From NCBI RefSeq assembly GCF_006345805.1, contig NC_043007.1, positions 46,438,001 to 46,502,000 of the forward strand: a DNA stretch of 64,000 bases. The letters are read 5' to 3'. Made by a program: the position numbers and the translations under genes. Source of the DNA: Octopus sinensis. Lineage: Eukaryota. The notes below the pieces were generated by a model. The model was not told where the DNA came from and ran no database searches. It worked only from the letters and a program-made list of their open reading frames with translations. Below, piece after piece: positions 1 to 13,277 of the stretch. Positions within the stretch are counted from its first letter, which is position 1, and the number at the start of each line of letters is the position of its first letter.

Positions 1-454
1 TTTATCATACCACAATCTAAAACTAAGCATATCGTTTCCAGACGGAATGTACACAAATAATAAAAGAAACGGAACATCGATTTCAAATCATAAGAGTGCT
101 TATTACTTAATATATTTAATTAGACGTATCATTTCTCTTGAAAGTCTGCGATAATATTAAATTACTGGATTTCTGTTTAGTTTGTTTCTCTTTTATTTCT
201 ACATTAGATCTCACTATAAAATATCGGCAATTTTTTATGTAAAAGCCTTTCTACATATACTGTAAGTAATTTAAATATATTTAAGTAGTATTACTAAGCT
301 TAAGAACCAGCAATCTTCCTACATAAAATATAGCTAGAAAATAAAAACACCGGAATGTTTGCGGATTTTGTGCCGGGATGTTGCAGAAAACGTTCTTACA
401 TTCCCGTACTTATCAATCATTTCGTATCAACTTTCTGTGAATGTATACCATTTT

Positions 455-1060
455 CTCTTATCGGGTTAGTACTTACCCATTTTCAGGCCTAGGCTCACGA
501 TTAGAAAGTCAATCGTGGTCAACTTTGTGGTATCTGTACTCGACCAGCCGAATTATTTGAATATATGTATGAAGTACCACTGAAACATATCCATGGTGTG
601 ACCGTTCATGTGACTTGTGATTGCTGACCTTGCCCCAAAATATGAATGTATTATTAGTATTATTACTTTATGTTTGGATTTTGCTTTCTGTTTATATAAG
701 TTGGTTCCGAGTTTCATATAGAGACCTCAAGTCGCAATGAGTTAGATGTTCAATCTTTATTATGATTAAGCTGGTTGATATCTGCCATGTTTTTGAATTT
801 GTACATTATATGTTCTAGAGAATGTCTAGCAAACATAAGGCAATTAAGATTTTGTTTCAAATGTTGTGTAATCTGAAAATGATGGTGAATGATATCTGCT
901 TTTGTGTACATTTAAAAGTACTGTTGCTATGTTTACAGATTAAACTTGTTTTTAGAATAACGCATACAGTATTGTTCGTCCTGTATGAGCAGTTCCCAAG
1001 AATAGTAGTCTTTGAAATTCTTCCATTTACTGTTAGCAGATGCTGCATGGATTATTGGAC
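455..1060 (-). mobile_element. Possible decayed Penelope-like element 3' end (GIY-YIG-like remnant followed by a degenerate hammerhead-like motif)
   Basis: Frameshifted minus-strand translation gives CSY-GRT...RYS and ITQHLKQNLNC...DINQLN, loosely like PLE endonuclease C-termini. Downstream on the minus strand (~456-490) is CTGAAAA-TGGGTAAGTACTAACCC-GATAA, a damaged CUGANGA/stem II/GAAA pattern. Confidence 0.3.
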
Positions 1061-1899
1061 ATGCTTTGGCTAATGATACGCGAACATGCTGAGGCTGTTA
1101 TCCCACTAGCGTTTCTTTGGTGGGTAGAATGGGTGGTCATCATTTGTTAAACAGAATTATATGGAGATCATATTGCCTGTCACTAAGCCCATATAGGACT
1201 CCAGGGAGGAAGTTCCACCTTCAACTTCTAAAGAGGATTATTGGCGGGGGAAAACGATTAAGTTTTCATCGATTCGTTGGGAATCGGGGAATATCAATTA
1301 ACCGGTTTTACTAGAGGATTTTCGAACCGGAGCCTATGCATAATTTTCAGAAATCCCTGGTCTGACAGAGTTACTGGTGAGCTCTGCTGGTGCGACATAA
1401 CGTCTACAGGCACACACGAACTTGTCCGAGATTACAGCGGACCTAGTAAACGCTTCATGCGCTCGTCTAGTGATCGGGCATTGCTGACTTGTGGATATAT
1501 GTCGAACAGCTGTTATCTCAATCAGGGCGGATCTGGTTGTTGGCCGTGTGCATCATGAGGATCACATTTCCGCCTTCTGTTGGCCGGGTAGGGCAGACAG
1601 ACAGGCAGGTTTCCTTTGTCTACTGATTATGGTAAAAGTCTGCTGATTATGGCGAGGTGAAAACGACGGAAGATAGACACTCTCTTGTGTGAACAAAATC
1701 TCATCGACTATTGAAGTTCTACTTGAACAGGAGAGATAGGGTGGGGAGGGAAGTGCTGCATCCCCTTCCCAGAATTTTAGTTAAAGTTAGGTGAACACGG
1801 CAAAGTTGTCTTATGTGAATTGACCTGAAGTCAGTATGTGACAATATACTGAGGGAATGTGAAGGAGAGATGCCTACTCCTAGGGCCTTTCTGCATACA

Positions 1900-4720
1900 T
1901 AACCATACTTCACTATTGTCATTTCCTGAATCTATCTTTGGGTATCTGCCATGCAAAGTCTTCTCTTGCCAGTTAGATAATCTTTATTATTTTCTCTGTT
2001 TTTTAACTTCATTTGGGTTCTTTGGTTTCCCTATCTCCCACTGTTACTCTCACAGATCTTAGTAAACGTTCTTCCCTATTACCTACATAGAGGCTGTATC
2101 TACTCTTCTTAACTCTACGCAGCCTTCTACTGGTATTAGACATCTACCATCTTCTTCTCTAGGTAAGTATAATCTTGCTAATGCTACTCTTGAGTGAAGT
2201 CCTCCAGTCATATTGAATTCCTTCTTAGTTTTGACTAAAGTTGTCCAATCTGTGAAAGCTATAGAATATCGACATAACGATATTGCCCAAGTATTTACAG
2301 CCTTCAATAGATTCGGACAATTTAGATTTGACTCCATTAGCTTCTTCACCCTTATGATGTACTCCTTCTCAAGTTTCGCTTTCATTTCAGGGTGTAATAC
2401 ATCTAGATGTCTATACCGTTTGTATAAAAGAATATCTTTCATATCCTTAATAAAACGCTTCAGATCACCCATTTTGAGCAAAGGATTATATTTTCTTTTA
2501 CTATTTCTGAACGAATAGCTTGACTTTGCCTCTCTTAATTCTAAACTAAGTGGAATTAATCATAACAGAAATTTTAAAGGGCTTAACGTTTCTACTTGTA
2601 AAATTCCTATCTTGATACTAACTTTCCCTAAGTCTGTGTCACCTGAGGAGATATCTAATTTCCATTTCTTTATACTATAGATAATTATCTCTCTCAACTT
2701 GTCTCCAGTACTGAAGGTACTGAAACATTCACGTATCCTGAGTGTAAAATCACGTCCTAAGACTTCCTATAATCTATCCATGTTGTTGTTCAACATTTCT
2801 TTCTAGATTTAACTTCTTTTAGAACTGCTTTGTCTATGTATAATAGGTCATGCCTTCCTGTGGCCTTCTTGCTGTAACCTTTTGTTCTTCTGGCAGCAAT
2901 TTCTGTCATTCAAGATACTCGTATATGTTTACTGAGAGCATTCTTGTTAACGGGTTCTACACTAATGGTAAACAAACGATTGATCTATATAATATTACTT
3001 ATATTGCCTTTGCTTTTCTCTTTTCATAAAGAGAACTGTTCTCTCTCTAATCTCCCAATTAGATATGACTCCTTCATTCAGGCACTCCCCACGTTGTTCC
3101 CTTGGCCCCACCTATAAGCTCCTAAATTTCTTTAAGCTGTACATACACTTGCACTAAATCTGATCTTTGGCCCTTCAGCATTCTTTTTAGCACTTCACCC
3201 ATTAACACTAGTTAGTCTAAAATCGGGTTGCTTCTCACAAATTTCTTCTTCTCTCCTTTTTTTTAAATTATGATGCATCTCTATTATGATTGGCTGGCTT
3301 GTCCCAACTGTTACTCCAGAACTTTCTAGCTTCTCGTGCATTAGGTTTCTCATCTTCAGTAGTTTCTTCTCTCCTATTTATTTCGCGATAAAATCCCTAC
3401 CGTTTTGTCTCAAAACAATCTGTTCTGTTGGTACTGATCCACAATTTTCTGGTATGGGGAAAGCTTACCTGCTGTTTCAACCCTTCGACGGCTGCCCCAA
3501 ATCATTTATCTTTGACAAAGTAACTTTTCTCAAGAGACGATTTAAGTCTTTTGTTTTCTAACTTATTCAGTTTCCACATTTCTATTCTAATTGCACTTTG
3601 TCTTAAAGTCCACACTTTATTTTCTGGTCTCCATCTCCACATCTGCACCCTCCCTGATCTTTCTTCGAGGAATGCCTAATCCTGGGATAAATTTTACATC
3701 TCCTGTATATTTCAACAAATTAGTGTCACCAATATTTTTCGTATGTATCCTCTTTATAACAGACTCCAATTTCCTAGGCATATCTACCAACTTCCTTCTA
3801 TTCAAACATTTTCATGCTGGTTATAAACTCTCTTCTGGTCTGCTAAAATAATCTAAGCTGTTGATACTCATCTATACTTTTCGGATATCTGGAGAATTTG
3901 CCTACTATGATACGTTGCTTCAACTCATCTATTACAAATCCTTTCTCTTTGACTAAATACCTTTTCCTGACGAACGATTTGCATCTTGCGTTTCCCAACT
4001 TTTTAAGTTTCCAGGCTTCTATTCTACTCACATCTTGTCTTAAAGTCGTCACTTTATATTGCAGTCTCCTTTTCCACATTTGCTCCTTTTTAATCTTTCC
4101 CTGTGAAATATCTAATCTTCTAGTGACTACTACCCCTCTTGCATAGATTAGTGAGTTGGTGTCTCCTATATTTTTAATATCTATCCTACTGATAACAGAA
4201 TCTACTTTCCGAGTCATTTCTAGCAGCTTTCTTGCGTTGGTGTCTTTTAATGCTGGCAATCTTTTTCTTACTTCTTTACTCATTACGTCCTGCAACTCAT
4301 CTAAAAATTTCTGATTTTCCTCAGTTAAATCACTTAAGTCGTTGGTGCCAGTTGTCCTTTCCTTAATGGTAACGCTATTATCATTTTTCTCCTTCAGATT
4401 CTTCTTTGGTTTGATCTATATCTCTAATGTTGTTGTTTGTCTTTCCCACTGCCTGGTCTTTCTTTTCCAGTTCTCTTGTGATCTCTTCTACCCCCAATTC
4501 TGTCATCCACTTTCTTTTCCTCGTAGCATTTAGCTTGATCTACTAGTCTCTGGTCAGTCACTTTAAACATACCCATCTCATTCCAAAGTATTAACATCAG
4601 CTTTCTATAGGCCCTTCTTTTAGTGTCACTTTCCAAGTAGCACTGCATCACTATCTTGTTTTCTTCGTGCTCTACTATCTGCTGATACTGTATTAGGATA
4701 GCAGCTGTGGTCAGCCTGCA
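1900..4720 (-). mobile_element. Decayed R4/Dong-like non-LTR retrotransposon (diverged subfamily), with internal duplication or chimera
   Basis: ORF pieces 4424-4651 (QCYLES..RRAYRKLML..WNEMGMF..TDQRLVDQ), 3843-4295 (MWKRRLQ...DEYQQLRLF) and 2083-2481 (LLKMGDLKRF as a degenerate YMDD motif; EKEYIIRVKKL...AVNTWAIS..RY...RLYLPREEDGR). Many stops and frameshifts. Confidence 0.85.
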
Positions 4721-5104
4721 TTTTTACTGAAACACCGCGGAGCGAGAAGCTTTCCCTCAATGGTCTTGCTTCATTTTCGTTGTTACAATCAGAGTTTCTC
4801 CGGAAAATCCTGTCTCTCATAAACTGAAGTAAGGTAATGTTCGCCAACAGCGTCAGCACCACCATTATATTTCGACATCTTAAAGTTTCAAGCAACTTAA
4901 AATCGCATTTTTTGTTACACCTTTATGCTAGTGTAGAAGTAAGTGCTGCATTTTTTGTGGAGTATATCGAATTGAAACAGTAGGTTTTGTTATGAAGTTT
5001 GATTTGAGTCTTCTGTTGTATTAGTTTCTGTATTGTGCGTTGCTTCTATAAGCGCAGGTTGTGTTCTTCTGTTGGATATCGGTCTTCTATGGCACATGTT
5101 GTGG

Positions 5105-5105
<1 letters not shown>

Positions 5106-5175
<70 letters not shown>
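5106..5175. repeat. (TTA)n microsatellite
   Basis: Direct reading; forms the 3' flank of the minus-strand Dong-like copy. Confidence 0.98.
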
Positions 5176-5178
<3 letters not shown>

Positions 5179-6793
5179 TAGTTTTATTTTTATAGCGTGC
5201 TTTCACTTCACTACCGAGCGCAGCTCTGTGTGCCTTGGGTATGTGCTGTGATTTGTTGTGATGCTCTGATGGTTATTGTATGGAAAGTGTTCTGCGTAGG
5301 ATGTGTGCAGTGCCTAGTAGTGCAATTTTCTGTATGTTATATGTGTTTGTAAGTCCTGGTGTTTTTGTTATGTATTTGTCTGAATATTTTTTTATCATGC
5401 CTAATGCACCTACTATGATAGGAATTGTTTCTGTTTTCAGATTCCACATTCTAGTTACCTCTATTTCCAGGTCTTTGTATTTTGAGACTTTCTCCATTTC
5501 TTTTAGAGACACGTTGTCATCTGCCGGTATTGATACATCAATTAGAAAGCATTTTTTCTCCATGATCTCTGACAACTATATCTGGTGTGTTGGCCTTAAT
5601 TTCTCTATCTGTGTGTATCGGCATATCCCAGAGTATGGTTGCTTTCTCGTTTTCTGTGACCTTTTCTGGTGTGTGCCTATACCATCTTTTTTCTGTTGTT
5701 ATTCCATAATGTTGGCATAGCTTCCAATGTATGTAGGTTCCAACTCTGTCATGTCTGTGAATATATTCCTTCTTAGCCAGGACTGGGCAGCTAGAGATAA
5801 TATGATTTATTGTCTTGTCCATCTCCACATATTCTGACAGTTACTTGTAATATTCTTTTCATTACATGTTTTTGGTAATTTCTGGTGGGGAGGCTTTGGT
5901 CTTGTGCTGCAATTAAAAATCCCTCTGTTTCTGCTTTGAGTCCTGAGCTTCTCAAACATTGCTGGGATTTTTCTTTGTCTATTTCTTTTGCGTTTAGTTT
6001 AGTGCAGTATTTACCATGAAGGGGCTTTTCTTGGTTCGTTGGATTTCATTTGTTTTATAGCTTTTGTTGTTTCTTCATCATCATCTTCTTCTTCTTCTTC
6101 GTGTTTATTAGGTGGTATGATTTCTTGTTTGTATTTGTCAGCTTCCTTAAATACTGAGAACAGTTTTTTGTTTTGCTCGTGTTTTGCTGCTATCTGGATC
6201 AGTTTTCCTTCCTTCTGAAGTAGGTATTTTTGCAGTCCTATGGTGGTTATTTTATAGTAGTTTTCCAGCTGTATAAGGCCTCTACCACCTTCTATACTTT
6301 GTATATATAGTCTTTCTATGTCAGATTTTGGGTGATGCATCCTAGATCCTGTCAGTATTTTTCTTGTTTTCCTGTCTATTTTGGACAGTTCATTTCGTGT
6401 CCAGTTAAGGATATTGTAGCTGTAACTTATAACTGGGACAGCTAAAGTGTTGATACCTATTACCTTGTTTTTAGCATTGAGCTCTGTTTTTAGTATTGAT
6501 CTAACTCGTCTATAATATTCTTTTTTTATTTTCTCTTTCATTTGTGTGTGTTGTGTCTTATCTAGTTCATGGATTCCTAAGTATTTGTAAGTTTGGCTTT
6601 GGTCTAATTCTTTTATTTCATTGGTTTTATCTAGTGTAATGTTGTTATCTTAACTAGTTTTCCTCTTTTCATGGTTACTTTGGCGCATTTTTCTAATCCA
6701 AATTTCATATCTATTTCTTTGGTAAATCCATGAACTGTCTTTAATAGTGTTTCCAGCTGTTTGTCATTTGCAGCGTATAGTTTTAGGTCATCC
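5176..6793 (-). mobile_element. 5'-truncated R4/Dong-like LINE (RT C-terminal half, zinc knuckle, REL endonuclease, 3' UTR)
   Basis: ORFs 6011-6541, 5538-5828 (TINHIISSCPVLAKKEYIHRHDRV; ILWDMPIHTDREIKANTPDIVV) and 5273-5575 (LIDVSIP...KVSKYKDL). Highly similar to 17785-19577. Truncated within the YMDD codons and flanked by (TTA)n on both sides. Confidence 0.93.

Positions 6794-6864
<71 letters not shown>
6794..6864. repeat. (TTA)n microsatellite
   Basis: Direct reading. Confidence 0.98.
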
Positions 6865-6865
<1 letters not shown>

Positions 6866-6867
<2 letters not shown>

Positions 6868-7175
6868 CATTTATTATCATTATTATTTACTTTTAATATG
6901 CATGTTTGTTACAGTCAGTTTCCGAGACACACCCAGCGTCCTAGGGCGAGTTAAGGATCAGAGATATTACAGCATAACTGAAAGCTTGGGGAGGGAAAGT
7001 GGCAGGGGCAGTAGCGATATATCTTCATGTACTACAACACAGACATTTATACTGATAGAGCTTTTGTAAGGGTGTGGGCAGAAGATTTTAGCACAATCTT
7101 TTACATGTGCTAAGAGACATGTTCAACTGGTTACGGTCAAGCAACGGCGAAACAAATCTGTGGTACTGAGCAGAA

Positions 7176-7176
<1 letters not shown>
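6866..7176 (-). mobile_element. Short composite retroposon fragment between two (TTA)n tracts
   Basis: 7108-7177 matches an internal ~70 nt of the 555-bp TAA-embedded element in reverse complement; the remainder resembles a LINE 3' end running into (AAT)n. Confidence 0.55.
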
Positions 7177-7217
<41 letters not shown>

Positions 7218-7219
7218 GT

Positions 7220-7320
7220 GAGATGGTAAATGCGTTGCTGCGGCGGACAAAATATCTAGCAGCAATTCGTCCGGCTTTCTACGTTCTGAATTAAACCGTG
7301 GCTGAGGTTGAACTTTGTAC
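7220..7320 (+). mobile_element. Decayed tRNA-derived SINE head (same family as 12446-12677)
   Basis: ...ctacgttctgaattaaaccgtggctgaggttgaactttg aligns by eye to gttacgttctgagttcaaattccgccgaggtcgactttg. Confidence 0.55.
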
Positions 7321-8042
7321 AGTGGTCATTTAAAACGACTATGCATTTCCCAACAAATTTCAGGCTTTTTGCCAATAATAGAAACGACTATTTTTATTAT
7401 CGTTGGTAGTAGATTGGAAGTTTTCCTCCCCGTCCTCCTCGTTGTCTCCTGTTTCACCTCTATTTTCGCTGACTGTGTAATTGAAAGCCTTATCACATTA
7501 TGTCATGCATTTTTCACTCCAGGGGAATATTCTCCGTACACGTGACTGTAGGTAACTTGCATGGTTAAACGCTAATGTCATTGCTAGAATGTCAGCTGGA
7601 ATCCGAACACATCAATGCTCATAGCAATCAGTAGCAAAGGAGCCACCAACATAACAGTTCAGCTCGTTATCCTACGCGTTTTCCGTTGATAATTTACTAC
7701 AAAGCAAGTGCAACAGTTTGATAGATTCGGTAAACAAAAATATGTCGTGCCTGAATATGTATATATTTCACTCAGACCTACTTTGAATTTCATACTTTTA
7801 TGGTCGATCATATATATTACAAGTAAATTACACATGTCAATGTAATCGATTAGGTTGTTTCTCAAAACTAGTGGTCGACGCAGCTTTGATACAGATCGAT
7901 ATATGAAATAACATTAAAGTCGAGAAAGCTGAAACATTTAACGAAATGAATAATATATTGAAACGTTTCTTCTTTATTCCATGTTTCAAAACACATCTTT
8001 TCACACATTTCAACGCTCAAGAGAAGCTAGGATACATAAAAG

Positions 8043-8150
8043 TTTCTTCTTCTTCTTCTTCTTCTTCTTCTTCTTCTTCTTCTTCTTCTTCTTCTTCTTC
8101 TTCTTCTTCTTGTTCTTGTTCTTCTTCTTCTTCTTCTTCTTCTTCTTCTT
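8043..8150. repeat. (TTC)n microsatellite
   Basis: Direct reading. Confidence 0.98.
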
Positions 8151-8233
8151 CTCTTTCTTCGTATCCTCCTCTCTCATCTTATACAGAATCATATTTTGCT
8201 TGTATAAACTCTGTCTTTGCCATAAGATATTCA

Positions 8234-8589
8234 TACATATATACATACATACATACATACATACATACATACATGCATACATACATACATAATACATACA
8301 TACATACATACACGCATACATATATGCATATATATACACACACATATATACATATATGTACACACATACACACACACTGGTACATATGTCACTTACCAAT
8401 ATAGTTCAAAAGAAATAGTGAATATCAGACTCCAGTGGAAAATATTTACCAACTTCACAATTATTATCATATGTAATAGGGATGGCGTTAAGTTATACTA
8501 AATTCCCAGCAGTAGAGAAACATGCTTCTAGCTAAAGTATATATTTATTGGTTGTAGGTAATACACATACGTACATATAAACATACTTT

Positions 8590-8687
<98 letters not shown>

Positions 8688-8831
8688 CATATATATACAT
8701 AAAATTAAAGTCAAGTACATTTATCATTCTTGTTTCAATCGTATCATTATACGCATACACGTATACACACACTTCACGCCTGAACACTTTACAAACATAG
8801 ACACGCATACACGTATGAATAAACATATGTA

Positions 8832-8903
<72 letters not shown>

Positions 8904-9100
8904 TGTGTATGTATATACATATGTAAACACAGTTTCTTTACTAGTATCTATATATATGGGAATAATCATGACTACCTTGTGCACTTATATATTTTTGCGA
9001 TACCACTTGTGTGCATATTTGTTTGTGTGCGTTTGTGTTTGTGTGCGTAAGTGTATGCGAGTGTGAGAGTATGCGTATGCATGAGTGTGTGTGTGTGTCT
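8234..9100. repeat. Cluster of (TACA)n, (AT)n and (GT)n simple repeats
   Basis: Direct reading; source of the spurious YIYI/MYVC ORFs. Confidence 0.9.
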
Positions 9101-12100
9101 ATTTGTCAGTATTTCAAAATATATTTTCCCATATTAATGCCAACAGGCAATTTTCATGATAAACAACATTAAATTTCTATCTCCAGAAATCCTTTGATAA
9201 TGTGTTTTATTATATAGTGCTATCTTTCATGGAAAGTGACATTTCTACACTATCCGTTATAATATTTATCATAAAAACGTAACCTTATACATTTTGAATT
9301 AACTCTTTCTTATCCTTGTTTTTGCTGGAGTTGTTGCTGCTGCCGCTGTTGTTGGTGTTGTTACTGTTGTTGTTCTTTTTCTTCTTATTCTTGTTCTTGT
9401 TGTTTCAACGCATGGCTCTTTTAACTTTTGAAAATTTACATGTTGGTCGTTGTTATGTCATGCGCCCATTGTCAATCTGTTTTTTTTTTATTGACTTTGG
9501 TTCTAAGGCGTTCCTTAACACCTTTAATATTACATATAATATACTAACATTTTTTAAATATTTTCTTACCCACAAACAGACGACAACATCCATTATGAAT
9601 TACAAAGGGAATTGGAACCAACGAGGAAGACGTGATATCGTAATTGCTCTCCAAAAAAGGAGAGAAAAGAAAGAAAAGGCAACCAGATATATTTTAGATT
9701 AACATTTCCTACTGAGTTAGTAAAGGACATGTGGAAGAATATGATACACGGTTTTCTGTACCTACATAAAAGATGCGGCAATTATGATTTGGTCGCTAAG
9801 GGATGATGCTGGGTCAAAAAGCAGGAACAACAACGATAGGAGGATCAACAACAACAACACTGATATGATAATTCACAAATATATGTATAACTCTACTGTT
9901 ACTCAAATAAGACAGGGTTTATTAAAATTTCTAATTTCTGCCATCTTCCAACTGAGCAGAATCCCTGCGATTTTAATTCTTAACTCTACTTCGTCATCAT
10001 CCTCCTCCTCATCATCAGCATTGCCGTCGTTGTCATCCTCATCGTCGCAGTCATCATAATAGTCGATGTCGTCTACGCTGTCGTTGCCGTAATCATCAAA
10101 CACATCTTGATTTAATAATTTTTCGTGAGGCGGTCCTAAAATTTCTCTTTCCTAAAATATATTGCCATACATTGTACTAAGATACGGGAAGTTTCCGTAA
10201 AGAAACATGTGCGTGTCATGGGTGTAATGCAGTTTTCATTTTGCCTTTATACTATGAGACAATGACTTATAAGGTATTTACAAGGGTAAATCAACAAAAT
10301 GTTATTGTTATACTTCTTCATAAACATATCTGAGGAAACAGGATGGGTGGTCAACATATGCGAATTATCCATGAAATTCTGTCTAAACTCTCACCGCTCA
10401 GTATTAGAAATAGAACAACTCTATGGTGTGTTTAATTGTACATTATACCTTTAAATATACAAAGTGCAGAATAAATTTTAGTAAGTCCTATGATCATTAA
10501 CATACTCTATCGGGGCTCACCTCGAACGAAACAACTACAACGACAACAAAAATATCAGCAGCAACACGAAACAACCGCAATAACATATATTCCCGTAAAT
10601 TTCGAATCTACTACGTACCAGAGATCGTTCAAATAATGATGCAAAGATCTTTCAAATAATCAAGGCTGACGCCTATGATGTAAATATGATAGCTAAAGTG
10701 GTGAAGGATATGAAATATATTCCACATTACAGCTCATGGATTCTGAGTCTCAATCAATCGTTTTGATTGTCAAAGGCAAAATGTGTTTACCAAGATTAAC
10801 ATAACCCTATAGCGAGCCAGCGAGAAACCTTATATGTTGTCGTTTAGTCTGCAAGAAATAGCAGCTAATGATATTTTAATTCATTAATAAAAAAAATGAA
10901 TGCAATGAATAATACATTCCAGCAGGTATGTAGCTACCATGGACGTTTTTGCCTGGTTTGAATGTTCTTTTGATATGCTAAATCCAAATATAGGCTCCAT
11001 TGTTTGGCTATCATGTCTAAATTTCAAAATACTCACCACCGACCTTTCGTAAATATCCTCATTTTTCAAAGAAATCGATTGTTTACCTTTGATTATTTTA
11101 TGAATATTCAGGGGAAAATATTAGGAGGCCTAAGAATGACCGATAAAATGAATTATTTAATTTGATCCGTTGAAGAGTTTTGGTACCGAATTTGGACGAT
11201 ACATTGCTGATTGTTGTTGATGTGGTTTAGACCTTCATCATCTGTGCTGGAACTTGTTCGTCAGCGAATGAAAACCATCCTATCTATGTTTGCTATTCAA
11301 ACAAATTACACATTGGGGAAAATTATGTAAGACCTTTAAAAAGAAAAGGGGTGTGATTTTAGGGATGTTGATTGCTATTTCTAGTACAGTCATTAAAGTT
11401 GCGAAGATATTTGGTAATATTACGATTGACATTGCTTACTTATTACCAAAAATAATGTTTCTTTCTTGCTTTGCTGCCAAGATAAACTAAGTTATAATAA
11501 TATATTACTGTTGTCTACAATGTAAAATAAATTCTTTTTGACATATGAAAGTAGGTTTTCCATTGGCTAAAAATGAATTAGCGTAAATTTACTACGAATT
11601 AATGCAACCCTGTTACTATGCTGGATTATTTTCATTTCAAAAATTATCTGAAGTCTATCAGCTCTATGTGCTACTGCTACAGACACTGACTCCTTCAACA
11701 CTGGAAATAAATAAATGAGGAAGACTGACGTTAACGATATTGATAACACAGAAAACGAGGATAGAATCCGTAGTGAGAATATGAGGATAATTTTATTAGC
11801 TATGTTTCAAAGAAACTAAAATTAGAATATGACGTTTGTTTGTAGCAATGAGAATATCTTCGCGAGCGTTTTCGTTTATCTGCTTCTTCTGTCTTTCTTT
11901 CTTTCTTTTTATGGATTAGAAAGAAGACAACCAGCAGCATTTGTGACAATTTGTAGGCTTGCCATGGTCAGTTACAAAGGAGTAGAAGTTATCCTTAGCC
12001 TGGAAACTTGGCTTAAATATTTACATCGTAGCACTTTCAACTAAATGTTCCATAAAACACGTACAAATATTAAACTAGAAGCTGGAGTATGTTAAACGCT

Positions 12101-12290
12101 CAAGATAAGATAGTACTTCTCAGATCAAATTATATATAATGTTTGTGTAATGAATTTCTCGTCAAAAGATTTTCGTAGACCGGTGAATAATGACAGAAAA
12201 CAACACTTGCCCCAAATGCTGATCACTGAGATTGATATAGAAACCGTGTAGATATTGCGTAAACGTAAAACAAAAATGCAAAAATATTCT

Positions 12291-12445
12291 TTTCTACTCA
12301 AGGTCCGAGATTTTGGGAGGGGGTGCCAGTCAATTAGATCGTCCCTAGTACACAACTGGTATTTAATTTATCGACCCCAAAAGGATTAAAGGCAAAGTCG
12401 ATTTCGGCGGAATTTGAATTCAGAATATAAAATCAGACGAAATAT
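12291..12445 (-). mobile_element. tRNA-derived SINE, partial, 3' tail type 1
   Basis: Core gaaaggat(g/t)aaaggcaaagtcga..ggaatttgaa shared with 12446-12677 and 13067-13277. Confidence 0.75.
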
Positions 12446-12677
12446 CTATTTCTTTACTACCCACAAGCGGCTAAACACAGAGAGCACAAACAAGGACAGA
12501 CAAACGGATTAAGTCGATTACATCGACTCCAGTGTGTAACTGGTACTTAATTTATCAACCCCGAAAGGATGAAAGGCAAAGTCGACCTCGGTGGAATTTG
12601 AACTCAGACCGTAACTGCAGACGAAATACGGCTATGCATTTCGCCCGGCGTGCTAACGTTTCTGCCAGCTCGCCGCC
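12446..12677 (-). mobile_element. Full-length tRNA-derived SINE, 3' tail type 2; central core resembles the MetaSINE/Sauria-type domain (from recall)
   Basis: Minus-strand head ggcggcgagctggcagaaacgttagc with B-box-like gagttcaaattcc, core gtcgactttgcctttcatcctttcggggttgataaattaagtaccag. Multiple copies in the window. Confidence 0.88.
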
Positions 12678-12853
12678 TTAAATAATGCGAAAATATTGAA
12701 GTAAAGATATATATTTGAACAACACAATATAGTATCGGAAAACTATAATAATATAGTAGGAAAACATTTCTAATTCTTCAAAGGATAAATTATAAACCTT
12801 TGACAGTTAGTACAACATAACAACAACACACCGATTTCAAAAGAAGAGTTATG

Positions 12854-12884
<31 letters not shown>

Positions 12885-13066
12885 TATAAAGATACTACTA
12901 GTAATTATATGTATAATCCTTCTCATCATTGTCGCCGATTTCAATAAACATGAACAAAACCAAAGACCAATAATCATTATAACGTTTTTGTATATCTTAC
13001 CTGGGGGTTGGTAGATGAAGAGGTATTGCCTGGACTGATTACAAACACTATGCTACTTACATAATA

Positions 13067-13277
13067 TTTTCTACTGGAAGCTCAAGGCTTCAAATTTTGA
13101 AGGAAATGATGAAGTCAATTACAACGACTCCAGTGCGTAACTGGTACTTATTTTATCGATGCCGAAAGGATGAAAGGCAAAGTCGACCGCGACGGAATTT
13201 GAACTCAGAACGTAACGGCAGACGAAATACGGCTACGCATTTCGCCCGGCGTGCTAACGATTCTGCCAGCTCGCCAC
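13067..13277 (-). mobile_element. tRNA-derived SINE, 3' tail type 1
   Basis: Same head and core as 12446-12677 with a different tail. Confidence 0.85.

Noticed and set aside
7946-9066. Long ORFs rich in S/F/K/Y/I (also at 14.5-15.4, 31.4-31.8, 33.9-34.3, 42.9-43.4, 48.4-49.7 kb)
   Set aside because: Translations of stop-free microsatellites; no coding signal.
10930-11070. Subterminal sequence reminiscent of CMC/Chapaev-type MITEs (similar at 28280-28400)
   Set aside because: No TIR pair or TSD located.
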